64,000 nt of DNA from Promethearchaeota archaeon. Its GTDB lineage: Archaea > Asgardarchaeota > Hermodarchaeia > Hermodarchaeales > Hermodarchaeaceae. This document shows positions 19,038-28,710 of the stretch, one piece after another. A program made the translations under genes and the position numbers. The DNA lies in the NCBI GenBank assembly GCA_048938385.1, contig JBHLMG010000008.1:1-64000 (forward strand). Direction: 5' to 3'. Each line of letters starts with the position of its first letter. The stretch's first letter is position 1. Below the pieces are notes generated by a model. It ran no database searches and was not told the origin of the DNA. It saw nothing but the letters and a program-made list of their open reading frames with translations.

Positions 19038-20753
19038 TTAATGTGCGTGTTTGAGGGTTTTTTCTAACTTATCCGATGCTAGTGTATTTATCACCGAATT
19101 CGATTTCACCCATCCTCGGCGGGCAGTTGCGACACCGTAGATCATCGCATCCAGCTGTGAAATTTGATGGGCATCACTGTTGATGGCGAGCTTGACATCC
19201 TTTTCTTGGGCAAATCGGGCTGCTGTGTCCGGTAAGTCAAGGCGATCTAAGGCATTGATTTCGAGTGTAATATTGTAGCGTTTGGCTGCGCTGCATAATT
19301 CATCGAGATTGACCTCGTAAGCTGGTCGTTGGGCCACAATTCGTCCTAGTGGATGGGCTAAAATATCTACGAATTGATTTTTCATTGCTTGGATTAGCCG
19401 ATCAGTCATTTCTTCTTCAGAAGCTTTAGTCCTGTAGTGAAGAGCTGCAACAACGAGGTCTGTTTCAGCTAAGACTTCTTTGGTAAGATCTAAGCTACCA
19501 TCTGAAAGAATTTCCACTTCTATTCCGGCGAGAAGATGTAAACCTCGAATTCTTTTATTCAGTGTGCGAATCGTAGCGATTTGCTCACGGAGTTTCTCTT
19601 CATCTAGACCGTGTGCAATCCGTATCTGTTTGGAATGATCACAAATACCTAGGTATTTGTAACCACGCTTCTGAGCGGCAGTGGCCATCGCTTCAATTGT
19701 GTCGTTACCGTCACTCCATTTAGTGTGTACATGAAGGTCGCCCTGTATATCACTAAGGGTAATCAGGGTGGGTAATTGCTTCCTAAGTGCAGCATGAATT
19801 TCACCGGTATCCTCTCGAAGCTCAGGAGGAATCCATTTCAATCCCAGTTTTTTGTAAATCTCTTCTTCCGACGAACCTGCAATTCTTTGATTTGTTTTTT
19901 GATTGAAAAGTCCATACTCGCTTAGCTTCCAACCATGTTTCAGCGCAAGGCGACGAAGTTCGATGTTATGTGTCTTTGAGCCTGTGAAGTACTGTAATGC
20001 AGCTCCAAAGGCTTCGAGTTCAACTACTCGGATATCTACCTGAATGCCATCCTCTAGCATGACGCTTGATTTTGTTATTCCTTGTGCTAGCACTTGAATA
20101 ACTGAAGGGAGGCTTACAAATCTTTGCATGATGGGGAGGGGGTCATCAGACGCTACGAGTATGTCGATATCTCCTACAGTTTCTTTCCAGCGTCGAAGGC
20201 TACCTGCGATCTCGATTTGTTTTACTTCGGAGAGCCTGCTAAGCTGTGTTTTTATTCGCTGAGCGATAGGAGCTGCTTTCCCAATGAAGAAACGCTCTTT
20301 GTATTGAAGGAACAGCTCTAAATTGTGCCGGATATTCTCTTCCGACCGTTCGCCAAAGCCAGGAAGATTGCTAAGTTGATGAGATTCTAGGGCTTGTTGG
20401 AGTTGTCGAATATTTTGGACACTTAATTTATCTCGTAGCAGCTTCGCCGTTTTTGGGCCGATACCAGGTATGGCTAATAACTCCACGAGATCGCTAGGAA
20501 GTCCCTCTCGAAGTGAGTCAAGGTATGTGAGTTTGCCTGTATTAAGCAGCTCATCTAATTTCTTTGCAATTCCTTTCCCAATACCAGGAATCTTTTCTAG
20601 CTCTCCACGCGCTGCAATATCTTGGAGACTTTCAGATAAACCTTCAATAGATCGAGCAGCACGACGATAGGCTCTTGGTCGAAACGATACCTCCTGTAAT
20701 TCTAGCAAGTCTGCAATTTCATTAAGAACCTTGACGACTTCTTTGTTTTCCAT
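19038..20753 (-). CDS. polX: DNA polymerase X / PHP 3'-5' exonuclease
   Basis: HhH motifs; [27 protein letters not shown]; PHP motifs DLHVHT, DHS, SDAH. Confidence 0.95.
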   Translation of the reverse strand: MENKEVVKVLNEIADLLELQEVSFRPRAYRRAARSIEGLSESLQDIAARGELEKIPGIGKGIAKKLDELLNTGKLTYLDSLREGLPSDLVELLAIPGIGPKTAKLLRDKLSVQNIRQLQQALESHQLSNLPGFGERSEENIRHNLELFLQYKERFFIGKAAPIAQRIKTQLSRLSEVKQIEIAGSLRRWKETVGDIDILVASDDPLPIMQRFVSLPSVIQVLAQGITKSSVMLEDGIQVDIRVVELEAFGAALQYFTGSKTHNIELRRLALKHGWKLSEYGLFNQKTNQRIAGSSEEEIYKKLGLKWIPPELREDTGEIHAALRKQLPTLITLSDIQGDLHVHTKWSDGNDTIEAMATAAQKRGYKYLGICDHSKQIRIAHGLDEEKLREQIATIRTLNKRIRGLHLLAGIEVEILSDGSLDLTKEVLAETDLVVAALHYRTKASEEEMTDRLIQAMKNQFVDILAHPLGRIVAQRPAYEVNLDELCSAAKRYNITLEINALDRLDLPDTAARFAQEKDVKLAINSDAHQISQLDAMIYGVATARRGWVKSNSVINTLASDKLEKTLKHAH

Positions 20754-21032
20754 AACCTTACACCTATAACTGGCAAAACGCTCTATTCAGTAATAGGTAG
20801 TGATCATCTAATTAAACGAGTTTGGCGGTTCATTCTTTACTATCTCGAGGTTTATGTTCTTTTATTCTATATGCAATTTAAAATGTCTCGAAATTAACTA
20901 CATTTTAATCAATGATTACGTGCACAAGGAACCTATGATGCTGGCTTAAGTTTGCAAGGCATTTATTCATTTCACAGTATTTTTCTATTTAACCATGAGT
21001 TTCGAGTATACTTCTGGATTGGGGGTGAAAAC

Positions 21033-21878
21033 ATGATCGAATTACCTGAGGCTATTACTATTGCGAGACAAATTAACGAAGAACTAAAAGGGCATGAAAT
21101 TGTGTTTGCTCAACGAGGATATTCACCTCACAAATTTGCCTTCACCGGTAAATATTCTCACGAAGAGTTTGCTAGAATGGTGCCAGGTAAGACTATCGAT
21201 GGAGCCCGAGCGGATGGATGGGTAATCTTACTTGATTTAGAACCTGGCTATCTACTTAGCTTAGGTTGTGGTGGAGAACGGATACTATTTCACGAGAATG
21301 AAAAAACCCTGCCTAAGAAACACCAACTCATACTGGGCTTCCATGATAATAGTTATCTCACGGTCACTATTACTGGATGGGGTGAGGTTCGGCTGCTCGA
21401 ACAATCTGACCTCTCTAATCATCCACACATTAAGAAGGATGCAATCTCACCCCTCAGCAAAGCCTTCACTTTCGATTACTTTAACAAGCTGTTCGATTCG
21501 TTACCAGAAAAAAAGCAGACACAGCAAACCAGTGCTAAATACTTCATCATCAGCGAACCCGGCGTTTGGGGGGTCGGCAACGGATGCCTGCAGGATATTC
21601 TCTATCGTGCTAAGATTCATCCCAAACGCCAAATGCTGAGTCTCTCAGCCAATGAACGAAAAACTCTATATCATGCAATTGTGCAGACCCTTACCAAAAT
21701 GGTGGAGCTTGGGGGAAGGGACAGCGAGTATGACCTTCACAATCAACCAGGTCGCTATAACCGAATCCTTCAAAGCAAAAGCGTGGGTCAATCCTGCCCA
21801 GAATGCGGAGCCCTGATCGCCAGGATTTCCTACCTTGGTGGAACTGTTTACTTCTGTTCCTCCTGTCAGGTCGAGTAA
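21033..21878 (+). CDS. Fpg/Nei family DNA glycosylase-like protein
   Basis: N-terminal MIELPE, H2TH GVGN..QDIL..AKIHP, C-terminal Zn finger CPEC...CSSCQ; SD GGGGTGA. Confidence 0.88.
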   Translation: MIELPEAITIARQINEELKGHEIVFAQRGYSPHKFAFTGKYSHEEFARMVPGKTIDGARADGWVILLDLEPGYLLSLGCGGERILFHENEKTLPKKHQLILGFHDNSYLTVTITGWGEVRLLEQSDLSNHPHIKKDAISPLSKAFTFDYFNKLFDSLPEKKQTQQTSAKYFIISEPGVWGVGNGCLQDILYRAKIHPKRQMLSLSANERKTLYHAIVQTLTKMVELGGRDSEYDLHNQPGRYNRILQSKSVGQSCPECGALIARISYLGGTVYFCSSCQVE

Positions 21879-21969
21879 ACACTTGTTATCCGCCTTTGAT
21901 TCTCAACCTCAATCACACATCACCTTGGTGTGTGAACACAAGCCAATAATAGGAGGTTCGTAGAAAGAG

Positions 21970-23079
21970 GTGGAACTGATTGCTATGAAAACCATCAAAG
22001 TAGGTACTGCGAAAAGTGTGCCCGGTCACCTAAGATATGGATTCATCAAAACCCTTGACCTGCCCATTGGGTATAGTCATCAAATCCCAGTAATGATTGC
22101 TCAGGGAAACAAACCAGGTCCAACTTTTTTTCTTACAGCCAATGTTCATGGTAATGAATTAACAGGAATTGCAGTTATTCACGACTTAGTCACTGATGAG
22201 CTAGCACAGGAGCTAAAAGGCACAGTGGTAGCGATTCCATCCTTAAACCCCACAGGGTTACGTGCATATGACCGCTCACCTGATTTTGATCCGAAGGATC
22301 CGAACAAGCTTTATCCCGCTGGTAAATTCGCAAAGAAGGAAGATGAAGACGAGGATACAAAATTTCCTGTTCGGTATGAGTTGGTTGCCAAACGTATTTT
22401 TGCTCACATGAAGAAGTATGCTGACTTTCATTTGGACATTCACAACCATTCACTTCGATCAATACCTTACTCGATTTTAGATCGAATTTTCTACACCAAT
22501 AATGTGGATAAGAAAAAGGCAGAGGCACTTGCCCAACAACAGAAAGCTATGGTCGAAGCATTTGGCGTATTCTATGCGGTTGACTTTCCTGCGAAGAAGT
22601 ATCTCCGAGTCAAATACCATCGATCCGTATCAGGTGCAGTTCTTAACACTTTACGCAAACCCGCCTTCACCGTGGAGCTAGGATCTAATAATGTTCTTTA
22701 CCCTGATATCATTGCAGGATCAGTAAAGGGGGTGCGGAATGTTCTCAAATGGGCGGGACTGCTCGAAGGGTCTTTTGAACCGATTAGTGAGTTCCCAACG
22801 ATGGTGTCAGAGCAACGATATCGTCGGATTGAACATCCGCGGACGAAACATTCAGGTCTTATTCGGTTCTTGGTTGATCCCGGTGACAAGGTTGAGGAGG
22901 GGCAACCTATTGCTCGAATTACTAATCTTGTTGGGCGTGCGATCGGTGATGGGTTCATCTACACAGAGCATGCTGGTTACATGATTGCCTTATACTCTGA
23001 AATAGTGAAATACGAGAATGATGTGATTGCTGAAATGGCTATACTGGATGATGAGGACTTGTTTTCACCTTATCCATAA
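21970..23079 (+). CDS. Succinylglutamate desuccinylase/aspartoacylase (M14) family protein
   Basis: HGNE..G, DPNK.YP, DIH, VELG. Confidence 0.88.
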   Translation: MELIAMKTIKVGTAKSVPGHLRYGFIKTLDLPIGYSHQIPVMIAQGNKPGPTFFLTANVHGNELTGIAVIHDLVTDELAQELKGTVVAIPSLNPTGLRAYDRSPDFDPKDPNKLYPAGKFAKKEDEDEDTKFPVRYELVAKRIFAHMKKYADFHLDIHNHSLRSIPYSILDRIFYTNNVDKKKAEALAQQQKAMVEAFGVFYAVDFPAKKYLRVKYHRSVSGAVLNTLRKPAFTVELGSNNVLYPDIIAGSVKGVRNVLKWAGLLEGSFEPISEFPTMVSEQRYRRIEHPRTKHSGLIRFLVDPGDKVEEGQPIARITNLVGRAIGDGFIYTEHAGYMIALYSEIVKYENDVIAEMAILDDEDLFSPYP

Positions 23080-23093
23080 AGCAAACTAGCTGA

Positions 23094-23588
23094 TCATTTA
23101 GCTACGATATTTCGAGCAAACACCCGGGCTTCATTCAGGCTTTTGGCATCAGGAAACCCTCTCGGAGCTTTCTCTGCTTGCTTTGCCCATTCCATTAATT
23201 GTGGGTTTCCAGAATTGGACATCATTGCGATGAGTTGTTCACTCATGTCCCCTCTACAATGGAATAACCCTATAATTTCTGCATCCTTAGCGGCATCACG
23301 ACATTTCCCTAGCCATTCCTGGAGAGGTGGGGCATCAGCAGGTGATCCGTGTGTAATCACTAATACGATCCGTTTGTCTTTTACATGCTTGGCGAGCCAA
23401 TCCTTGGATTCGCGGCTAGGTCCAAACATTTCAATTGGAAACCCTACAAATGTCAAATCAAAACCTTCCAAGGATTCGGTGTCGCTCCAACTTTTGAGTT
23501 CTTTTTCAACTTGCACCTCGTCATACATCGCTTCAACAATCTTTTTCGTGTTACCAGTTAGGGTACGATATGTAAAGAGGACTTTCAT
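23094..23588 (-). CDS. Flavodoxin family protein
   Basis: YRTLTGNTKKI, VGFPI, ITHG, FHCRG. Confidence 0.85.
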   Translation of the reverse strand: MKVLFTYRTLTGNTKKIVEAMYDEVQVEKELKSWSDTESLEGFDLTFVGFPIEMFGPSRESKDWLAKHVKDKRIVLVITHGSPADAPPLQEWLGKCRDAAKDAEIIGLFHCRGDMSEQLIAMMSNSGNPQLMEWAKQAEKAPRGFPDAKSLNEARVFARNIVAK

Positions 23589-23637
23589 TGAATTATCTCC
23601 GGTTGCATCGGAAATGGTATTGTGTTTATTTGTCTTG

Positions 23638-24372
23638 TTATATGAGGGTTTTAAGCGTTTCAATTAATTCTGCATGGCTCTTAACGGAAAAGTCATATTG
23701 GTCAGCGGATACGGCTGGTGCAGGAGTATCAGGATACTCCTCTTGATACCAAGTACAATAAACAAATGTTATTCCTAAGTGGCGGCATGCTCCATCCTGA
23801 TTAATGCTGTCGCCTACATGGATGACTTTGTTCGGGTCTACATTCAGCTCATTGAGGGCTCTTTGAAACGGTTTCAAGGTGATCTTAAGCGCTCCAGCTT
23901 TTTCGGATGACATGACTAAATCGAAGAAGTGTCTGAGACTCAACTGGTCTAGGTAGCCTTCAAGTTCTTCTTGATACCAGTTGGATATTACTGCTAGTTT
24001 CAACCCCCGGTCTCGAATCCATTGCAGCATTTCTAAAGTTCCTGGATAGGACTTGGTGATAGTCCGGTGATACTGCCATCCTTCTTCTGAGATTGCTCGG
24101 ATTTGTTCAATTGTTAAGTGTGTCGGACCCATCTTGTCGATCACGAGCTTCAAGAAAGGAGTGGTTTCCGAACGGGGTTTTATGGGTGGGATGATGTAGT
24201 CTTGCTCTTTCTCAGCAAATACTTGTGACCGAGCATGTTCGAAGTTAGCGTAGGTGCCTTGGGTGCCAAGTTCTTTAAGCTTTGGCCAGATAAATTCACG
24301 ATTCATGTCTTCAACGGAGAGGGCGCTTACTAGGGTTTGACCATGATCGAAAAAGATGGCATCAAAAGGGAT
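23638..24372 (-). CDS. HAD-superfamily hydrolase (probable ATC start)
   Basis: Motif I FFDHGQTL lies in frame upstream of the ATG at 24306; ISN, K..KP, HVGDSINQD. Confidence 0.85.
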   Translation of the reverse strand: MPFDAIFFDHGQTLVSALSVEDMNREFIWPKLKELGTQGTYANFEHARSQVFAEKEQDYIIPPIKPRSETTPFLKLVIDKMGPTHLTIEQIRAISEEGWQYHRTITKSYPGTLEMLQWIRDRGLKLAVISNWYQEELEGYLDQLSLRHFFDLVMSSEKAGALKITLKPFQRALNELNVDPNKVIHVGDSINQDGACRHLGITFVYCTWYQEEYPDTPAPAVSADQYDFSVKSHAELIETLKTLI

Positions 24373-24463
24373 GGTAGGTCGCTCCTGTTTGACTTTTTTA
24401 AAGTGATTTTAGGTCTTTACTTATTTGGGTTTTTTTAAACCGTAAGAGTTAAAAGCGATTTAG

Positions 24464-24508
24464 TATAATGATACTACGGATTATAATGATTATATTCGTT
24501 ATAATCAT
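24464..24508. promoter_or_regulatory. Three TATAAT(G/C)AT repeats at an 18-bp period, upstream of the AbrB-like gene
   Basis: Copies start at 24464, 24482 and 24500. Confidence 0.6.
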
Positions 24509-24531
24509 CAATAATTGCTAAGTGAAAAAGC

Positions 24532-24813
24532 ATGTATGATGAAGAAACGCCTAAACCCCCTGAATCCAAGAAGCCACCGTTTCATCGAAGACCACCTCAT
24601 CTTGAGCGAAAAAGAATTCGCATTATTGTGAAAGGGTACATGCGCCCCGATGGTTCTACCTACCATGTGGTTATACCCAAACAGATCCGTGAGATGATGC
24701 GACTTGAGGGCGGGGAACACTTCATGATAGAGGCCAGCCCTCGACGAAGCATGATTCATCTCAAGAAGGTAGAGTTCTCCATGGAAGACTTCGACGAGGA
24801 ATCGAAGAAATAA
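24532..24813 (+). CDS. AbrB/MazE/SpoVT-family DNA-binding protein
   Basis: GSTYHVVIPKQIRE.M.LEGGE.F swapped-hairpin pattern. Confidence 0.8.
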   Translation: MYDEETPKPPESKKPPFHRRPPHLERKRIRIIVKGYMRPDGSTYHVVIPKQIREMMRLEGGEHFMIEASPRRSMIHLKKVEFSMEDFDEESKK

Positions 24814-24923
24814 GAAAGATTGTCCGTTCGAATCTTGGTTTGACCATAATAGTGCAATTTGGTTACCAAGTGTATAACTCTATGTAAGATGAAAGGTTCC
24901 TTAGACCAACAAATCATGCTGTG

Positions 24924-25331
24924 TTATTCATTTGCCAAGGGCATGATTGTGTAAGTGACTTGGTGAAGCCCTCGCATTGCTCGGATACGGCTGATGAACT
25001 CTAAGATAGTGTCTGCTTCTCCCTCGGTGATAAACACTTCAAGGCAATAGTGTTTCCCCAAATGCAGGTGCATATTACCTGAGACGATGTGATTGTACTC
25101 GTGGCGGAGTCGAGTTAAGCGTTCATCAACACCGGGTAATTCGTGCGCTGAAATTGCTGTAATTGTGGCCGTAACTCGTCCTTTTTCAAATCGGCTTAGG
25201 TCGAACTCTGACAGGGTAGCTCGCACTGCATCACGGATAGCCTCTGAGCGACTTGAATACCCGCGTTGTTTCATGAACCTATCCAATTGTGTTAGCAACT
25301 TAGTTGTCATCGAAATGCTAATGATTGGCAT
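24924..25331 (-). CDS. nikR: NikR-family (ribbon-helix-helix + ACT) metal-responsive regulator
   Basis: ISISM, GYSSRSEAIRDAVR, H.Y...HLHL...CLEV; start at ATG 25331. Confidence 0.85.
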   Translation of the reverse strand: MPIISISMTTKLLTQLDRFMKQRGYSSRSEAIRDAVRATLSEFDLSRFEKGRVTATITAISAHELPGVDERLTRLRHEYNHIVSGNMHLHLGKHYCLEVFITEGEADTILEFISRIRAMRGLHQVTYTIMPLANE

Positions 25332-25449
25332 GGAGTCACCTTCATAATTCATAGCACTGATATTATTAATATTTATTATTTTTAGGCATGATTTTAGCAC
25401 TAAGCTAATAAATACTAAAGTTTTCGGTTCTTCATTAGTAACTGATCGT

Positions 25450-27432
25450 TTGTTGAAGGGATTGAGCGTGCGTGAATCCACTGAGGAAAATACTTGTAAC
25501 ACTTGTGAGGTGGATTACGCTCAAGTTGATACTTCTGCTTCTTTGTGGAGTAATAAACGGTTCATCATTCTCCTCGTATCCGCCATTTTCTTTAGTCTAG
25601 GACTTTTCCTCGAATTCCTGTTAGGTCAACCTCTCTTTGCATGGGTGTGCTTCATCTTAGCAGCTTGTATAGGTGGGTACTTCATTGCCAAAGCTGGAAT
25701 CACTGGTCTTATCTTACGACATCAATTGAACATTTCCTTCTTGATGACCATTGCAGCCATCGCTAGCTTCTTCATTGGGCACCCTGCGGAAGGAGCTGCT
25801 GTGATGGTTCTGTATTTCATCGCAGAATTCCTCGAAAGGAGGGCAAAGGAGGATGCACAGCGATCAGTTGCATCGCTAATGAAGCTCGCTCCGGAAATAG
25901 CTACAGTGAAACGTGCGAATCAAGAGGTAAAGGTTCATGTGCACGATGTGCAAGTTGATGAAACGGTACTTGTTCGTCCAGGTGAAAAAATTCCTTTAGA
26001 TGGTGTCGTGAGAAGCGGAACTTCGAGCGTTAATCAAGGTCCCATTACAGGTGAATCTGTTCCCGTACTAAAGCAGACCAATGATGAAGTTTTTGCTGGT
26101 ACCATTAATAATGAAGGCTTTTTAGAACTCCAAGTCACACGGCTTTCCCAAGACTCAATTCTCTCTAAAATTTTGATCCTCGTGGAGGAGGCGCAACAGG
26201 ATAAATCTCCCACAGAGTATTTCATCAATAAAGTCGCTAAGTTCTATACACCGACGATTGTCATTCTCGCTTTGTTATTCGCCCTAATTCCCCCTTTGAT
26301 ATTTGGCTTCCCGTGGTTGGATTGGATTTACCGAGGACTCGTACTCCTAGTTATTTCCTGCCCATGTGCTTTTGCTATCTCAACTCCTGTTGCCATGGTG
26401 TCTGCTCTAACTAGCGCGACACGAAGGGGTGTACTGATTAAGGGTAGTCGGTATATTGAACAACTCGGTAATGTAAAAGCAGTAGCATTTGACAAAACAG
26501 GAACGCTAACCACAGGACAATTAGTAGTGACTGATGTTGTTTCAGTAAAAGATTCATCTGATACGATCCTTGAGATTGCTGCTTCGTTGGAGAGATACTC
26601 CGAGCATCCAATTAGTCGTGCAATTGTTACGAAGATGGGCAATCCTGGTGTAACTTTTCAACAAGTTAGAGATTTCTTTTCTATACCAGGTCGTGGTGTG
26701 ACTGGAGAAATTAATGGAGAACAATTCTTTGTTGGAAGTGAACAGCTATTCACTCAATTGGATATTCCCTATTCACGGATAGTCGTCGATCGCCTCGAAC
26801 GAGAGGGTAAGACCGTTGTACTCGTGGGCACTGAAAAGGAAGTAATTGGTGTTATTGCAGTTCAAGACATTGTGAGAGCTTCTGCCCTAGAAGCGATTTC
26901 AGCGTTGAAAAAAAGGGGCATCACGCCCATTATGCTGACAGGTGATAATGAAGAAACCGCAAGAGCGATTGCGTCACAAGTAGGTATTGATCATATCTAT
27001 GCAGAGCTCTTACCCGTAGATAAGGTGGAGGTCATCAAATCACTGCAAGAGATGTTCGGGTTAATAGCAATGGTAGGTGATGGAGTAAATGATGCTCCTG
27101 CTTTGGCCGCAGCTGATGTTGGCATTGCAATGGGTGCTATTGGTAGTGATGCCGCTATCGAAACCGCTGATATCGCGTTAATGCAAGATGATCTTTCAAA
27201 ATTACCGTATCTGTTCCAACTGAGTAACAAGACAAAGCAAATCGTTCGCCAAAATGTCATTGCATCTCTTTTAGTGAAGTTCAGCCTTACATTTCTCGTA
27301 ATTCCCGGATTCATATCGCTCTGGGCCGCTGTTGCTGTGGGTGATATGGGTCTATCCTTAGCTGTGATCCTAAATGCCATGCGACTATCAAGAATTCGGG
27401 TGGAAGGTAAAGGTCTAGAGCTTAAGTTTTAA
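25450..27432 (+). CDS. Heavy-metal translocating P1B-type ATPase (ZntA/CadA-like)
   Basis: TGES, CPC, DKTGT, SEHP, GDGVNDAP; short N-terminus with CNTC. Confidence 0.93.
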   Translation: MLKGLSVRESTEENTCNTCEVDYAQVDTSASLWSNKRFIILLVSAIFFSLGLFLEFLLGQPLFAWVCFILAACIGGYFIAKAGITGLILRHQLNISFLMTIAAIASFFIGHPAEGAAVMVLYFIAEFLERRAKEDAQRSVASLMKLAPEIATVKRANQEVKVHVHDVQVDETVLVRPGEKIPLDGVVRSGTSSVNQGPITGESVPVLKQTNDEVFAGTINNEGFLELQVTRLSQDSILSKILILVEEAQQDKSPTEYFINKVAKFYTPTIVILALLFALIPPLIFGFPWLDWIYRGLVLLVISCPCAFAISTPVAMVSALTSATRRGVLIKGSRYIEQLGNVKAVAFDKTGTLTTGQLVVTDVVSVKDSSDTILEIAASLERYSEHPISRAIVTKMGNPGVTFQQVRDFFSIPGRGVTGEINGEQFFVGSEQLFTQLDIPYSRIVVDRLEREGKTVVLVGTEKEVIGVIAVQDIVRASALEAISALKKRGITPIMLTGDNEETARAIASQVGIDHIYAELLPVDKVEVIKSLQEMFGLIAMVGDGVNDAPALAAADVGIAMGAIGSDAAIETADIALMQDDLSKLPYLFQLSNKTKQIVRQNVIASLLVKFSLTFLVIPGFISLWAAVAVGDMGLSLAVILNAMRLSRIRVEGKGLELKF

Positions 27433-28066
27433 ACTGAGCTGAATTGGCTTTTGCGTCTTGAAGGAGCTCTTCGTCGACTTCAAGACTTTGAAAGATAACA
27501 GGGGCAATGCCTTTGACGAGTCGCAGCATCTCATTAGCAACAGCTCGAATTTCATATTGGGCGGTTCGATGCAGTCGTAAGGGAAAAAAGGATTCGAGCA
27601 GGGTGCGAGCATTGAAGGTTGTTATTATGGCTGTTTCTGAACCCATGGGGGCAAGGTATCGGGCGTCTTCCATAGGAACGCCGCGGCGATAATATTCGCG
27701 GTAGAGGGTTTCAGCTGCATTTCTTAACTGCTCAGGATCTTCTGCAGCTTCAATCACTGATTTGGGGAGAATGAGGTTTTTTATTTTGGTTCGACGAAAC
27801 GATTTTTGTAAGTAACTAGCTATTCGGTGGCGGACAAACTGGTGGGTGAATACTCGAGAAACACCAGTAATCTCGAAGGTGAATACAGCATGTTCAAGAA
27901 CGGAGGTATGTCCCATTTGGATGACTTTTTTGAGAAAGACTTCCCATCCACCACTAGGTTTTTTTCGGTCGATTTCATCCCAGGTCTCAGACACATTAGA
28001 GTATCGACCAATTTTTGCACACAATAAATCTGGGTTCTCGGTTGCTGAGAGGATCCTGATTTTCAT
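27422..28066 (-). CDS. thyX: FAD-dependent thymidylate synthase
   Basis: GH.SVLEH, RHRIASYLQKS.R, EDARY..P, AQYEIR. Confidence 0.92.
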   Translation of the reverse strand: MKIRILSATENPDLLCAKIGRYSNVSETWDEIDRKKPSGGWEVFLKKVIQMGHTSVLEHAVFTFEITGVSRVFTHQFVRHRIASYLQKSFRRTKIKNLILPKSVIEAAEDPEQLRNAAETLYREYYRRGVPMEDARYLAPMGSETAIITTFNARTLLESFFPLRLHRTAQYEIRAVANEMLRLVKGIAPVIFQSLEVDEELLQDAKANSAQFKT

Positions 28067-28206
28067 CGGTGGTGTTCTCCTTTTCTTCAATCAATGGCGG
28101 AGCTTCTAGGGGTTTGAGGTAAAACACCTAGTGGAACTAGGATTCTAAAAGCTCTTTTATTCTTGTTTTGCCACAGGTTAATTTGGAGATAAGGTGAATC
28201 TAAGGG

Positions 28207-28710
28207 TTGCAATATATTCCTTTCGTAGTATATGAACTCCTTTTCATTTTTGCAATCCTACTCCTTTATGGGATCTACAAGCTCTGTAAGTCTGATGAAG
28301 AAAGACCATCTAGCCCCACACAAACACGCCCCTCATTTGTTGGTACTTCATATCGGTCTCCTTCTGAGAACCAATCCACGGATTTAACTCAGAGCGGGTT
28401 AGAAACTTCAGATAGATCATCAAGTCCGATTGGTGGTTCGTGTCTGCATTGCGGCACTGTGATTACTGAGGAGACCTCATTGCACTGTCCGGCTTGTGGT
28501 CAGGAACATCAACGATGCCCAATTTGTCAGCGCTTTGTCGCAGGTGGTCAGTATTTACTAGCATGTCCGTATTGTCAGATGTTAGGCCATGCGAACGAAA
28601 TGGAAGAATGGGTGCAAAAGCGGTCAAAATGTCCACATTGTGCAAAAAAATTAATGGTACATCAGCTTCGAAAACAAGACCAGTTCAAGATCAAGAGTAA
28701 ACGGGCTTAA
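28207..28710 (+). CDS. Membrane-anchored zinc-ribbon + RING-like protein
   Basis: N-terminal TM; CLHC..CPAC; then CPIC-x12-CPYC-x4-H..E..W...CPHC. Confidence 0.75.
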   Translation: MQYIPFVVYELLFIFAILLLYGIYKLCKSDEERPSSPTQTRPSFVGTSYRSPSENQSTDLTQSGLETSDRSSSPIGGSCLHCGTVITEETSLHCPACGQEHQRCPICQRFVAGGQYLLACPYCQMLGHANEMEEWVQKRSKCPHCAKKLMVHQLRKQDQFKIKSKRA

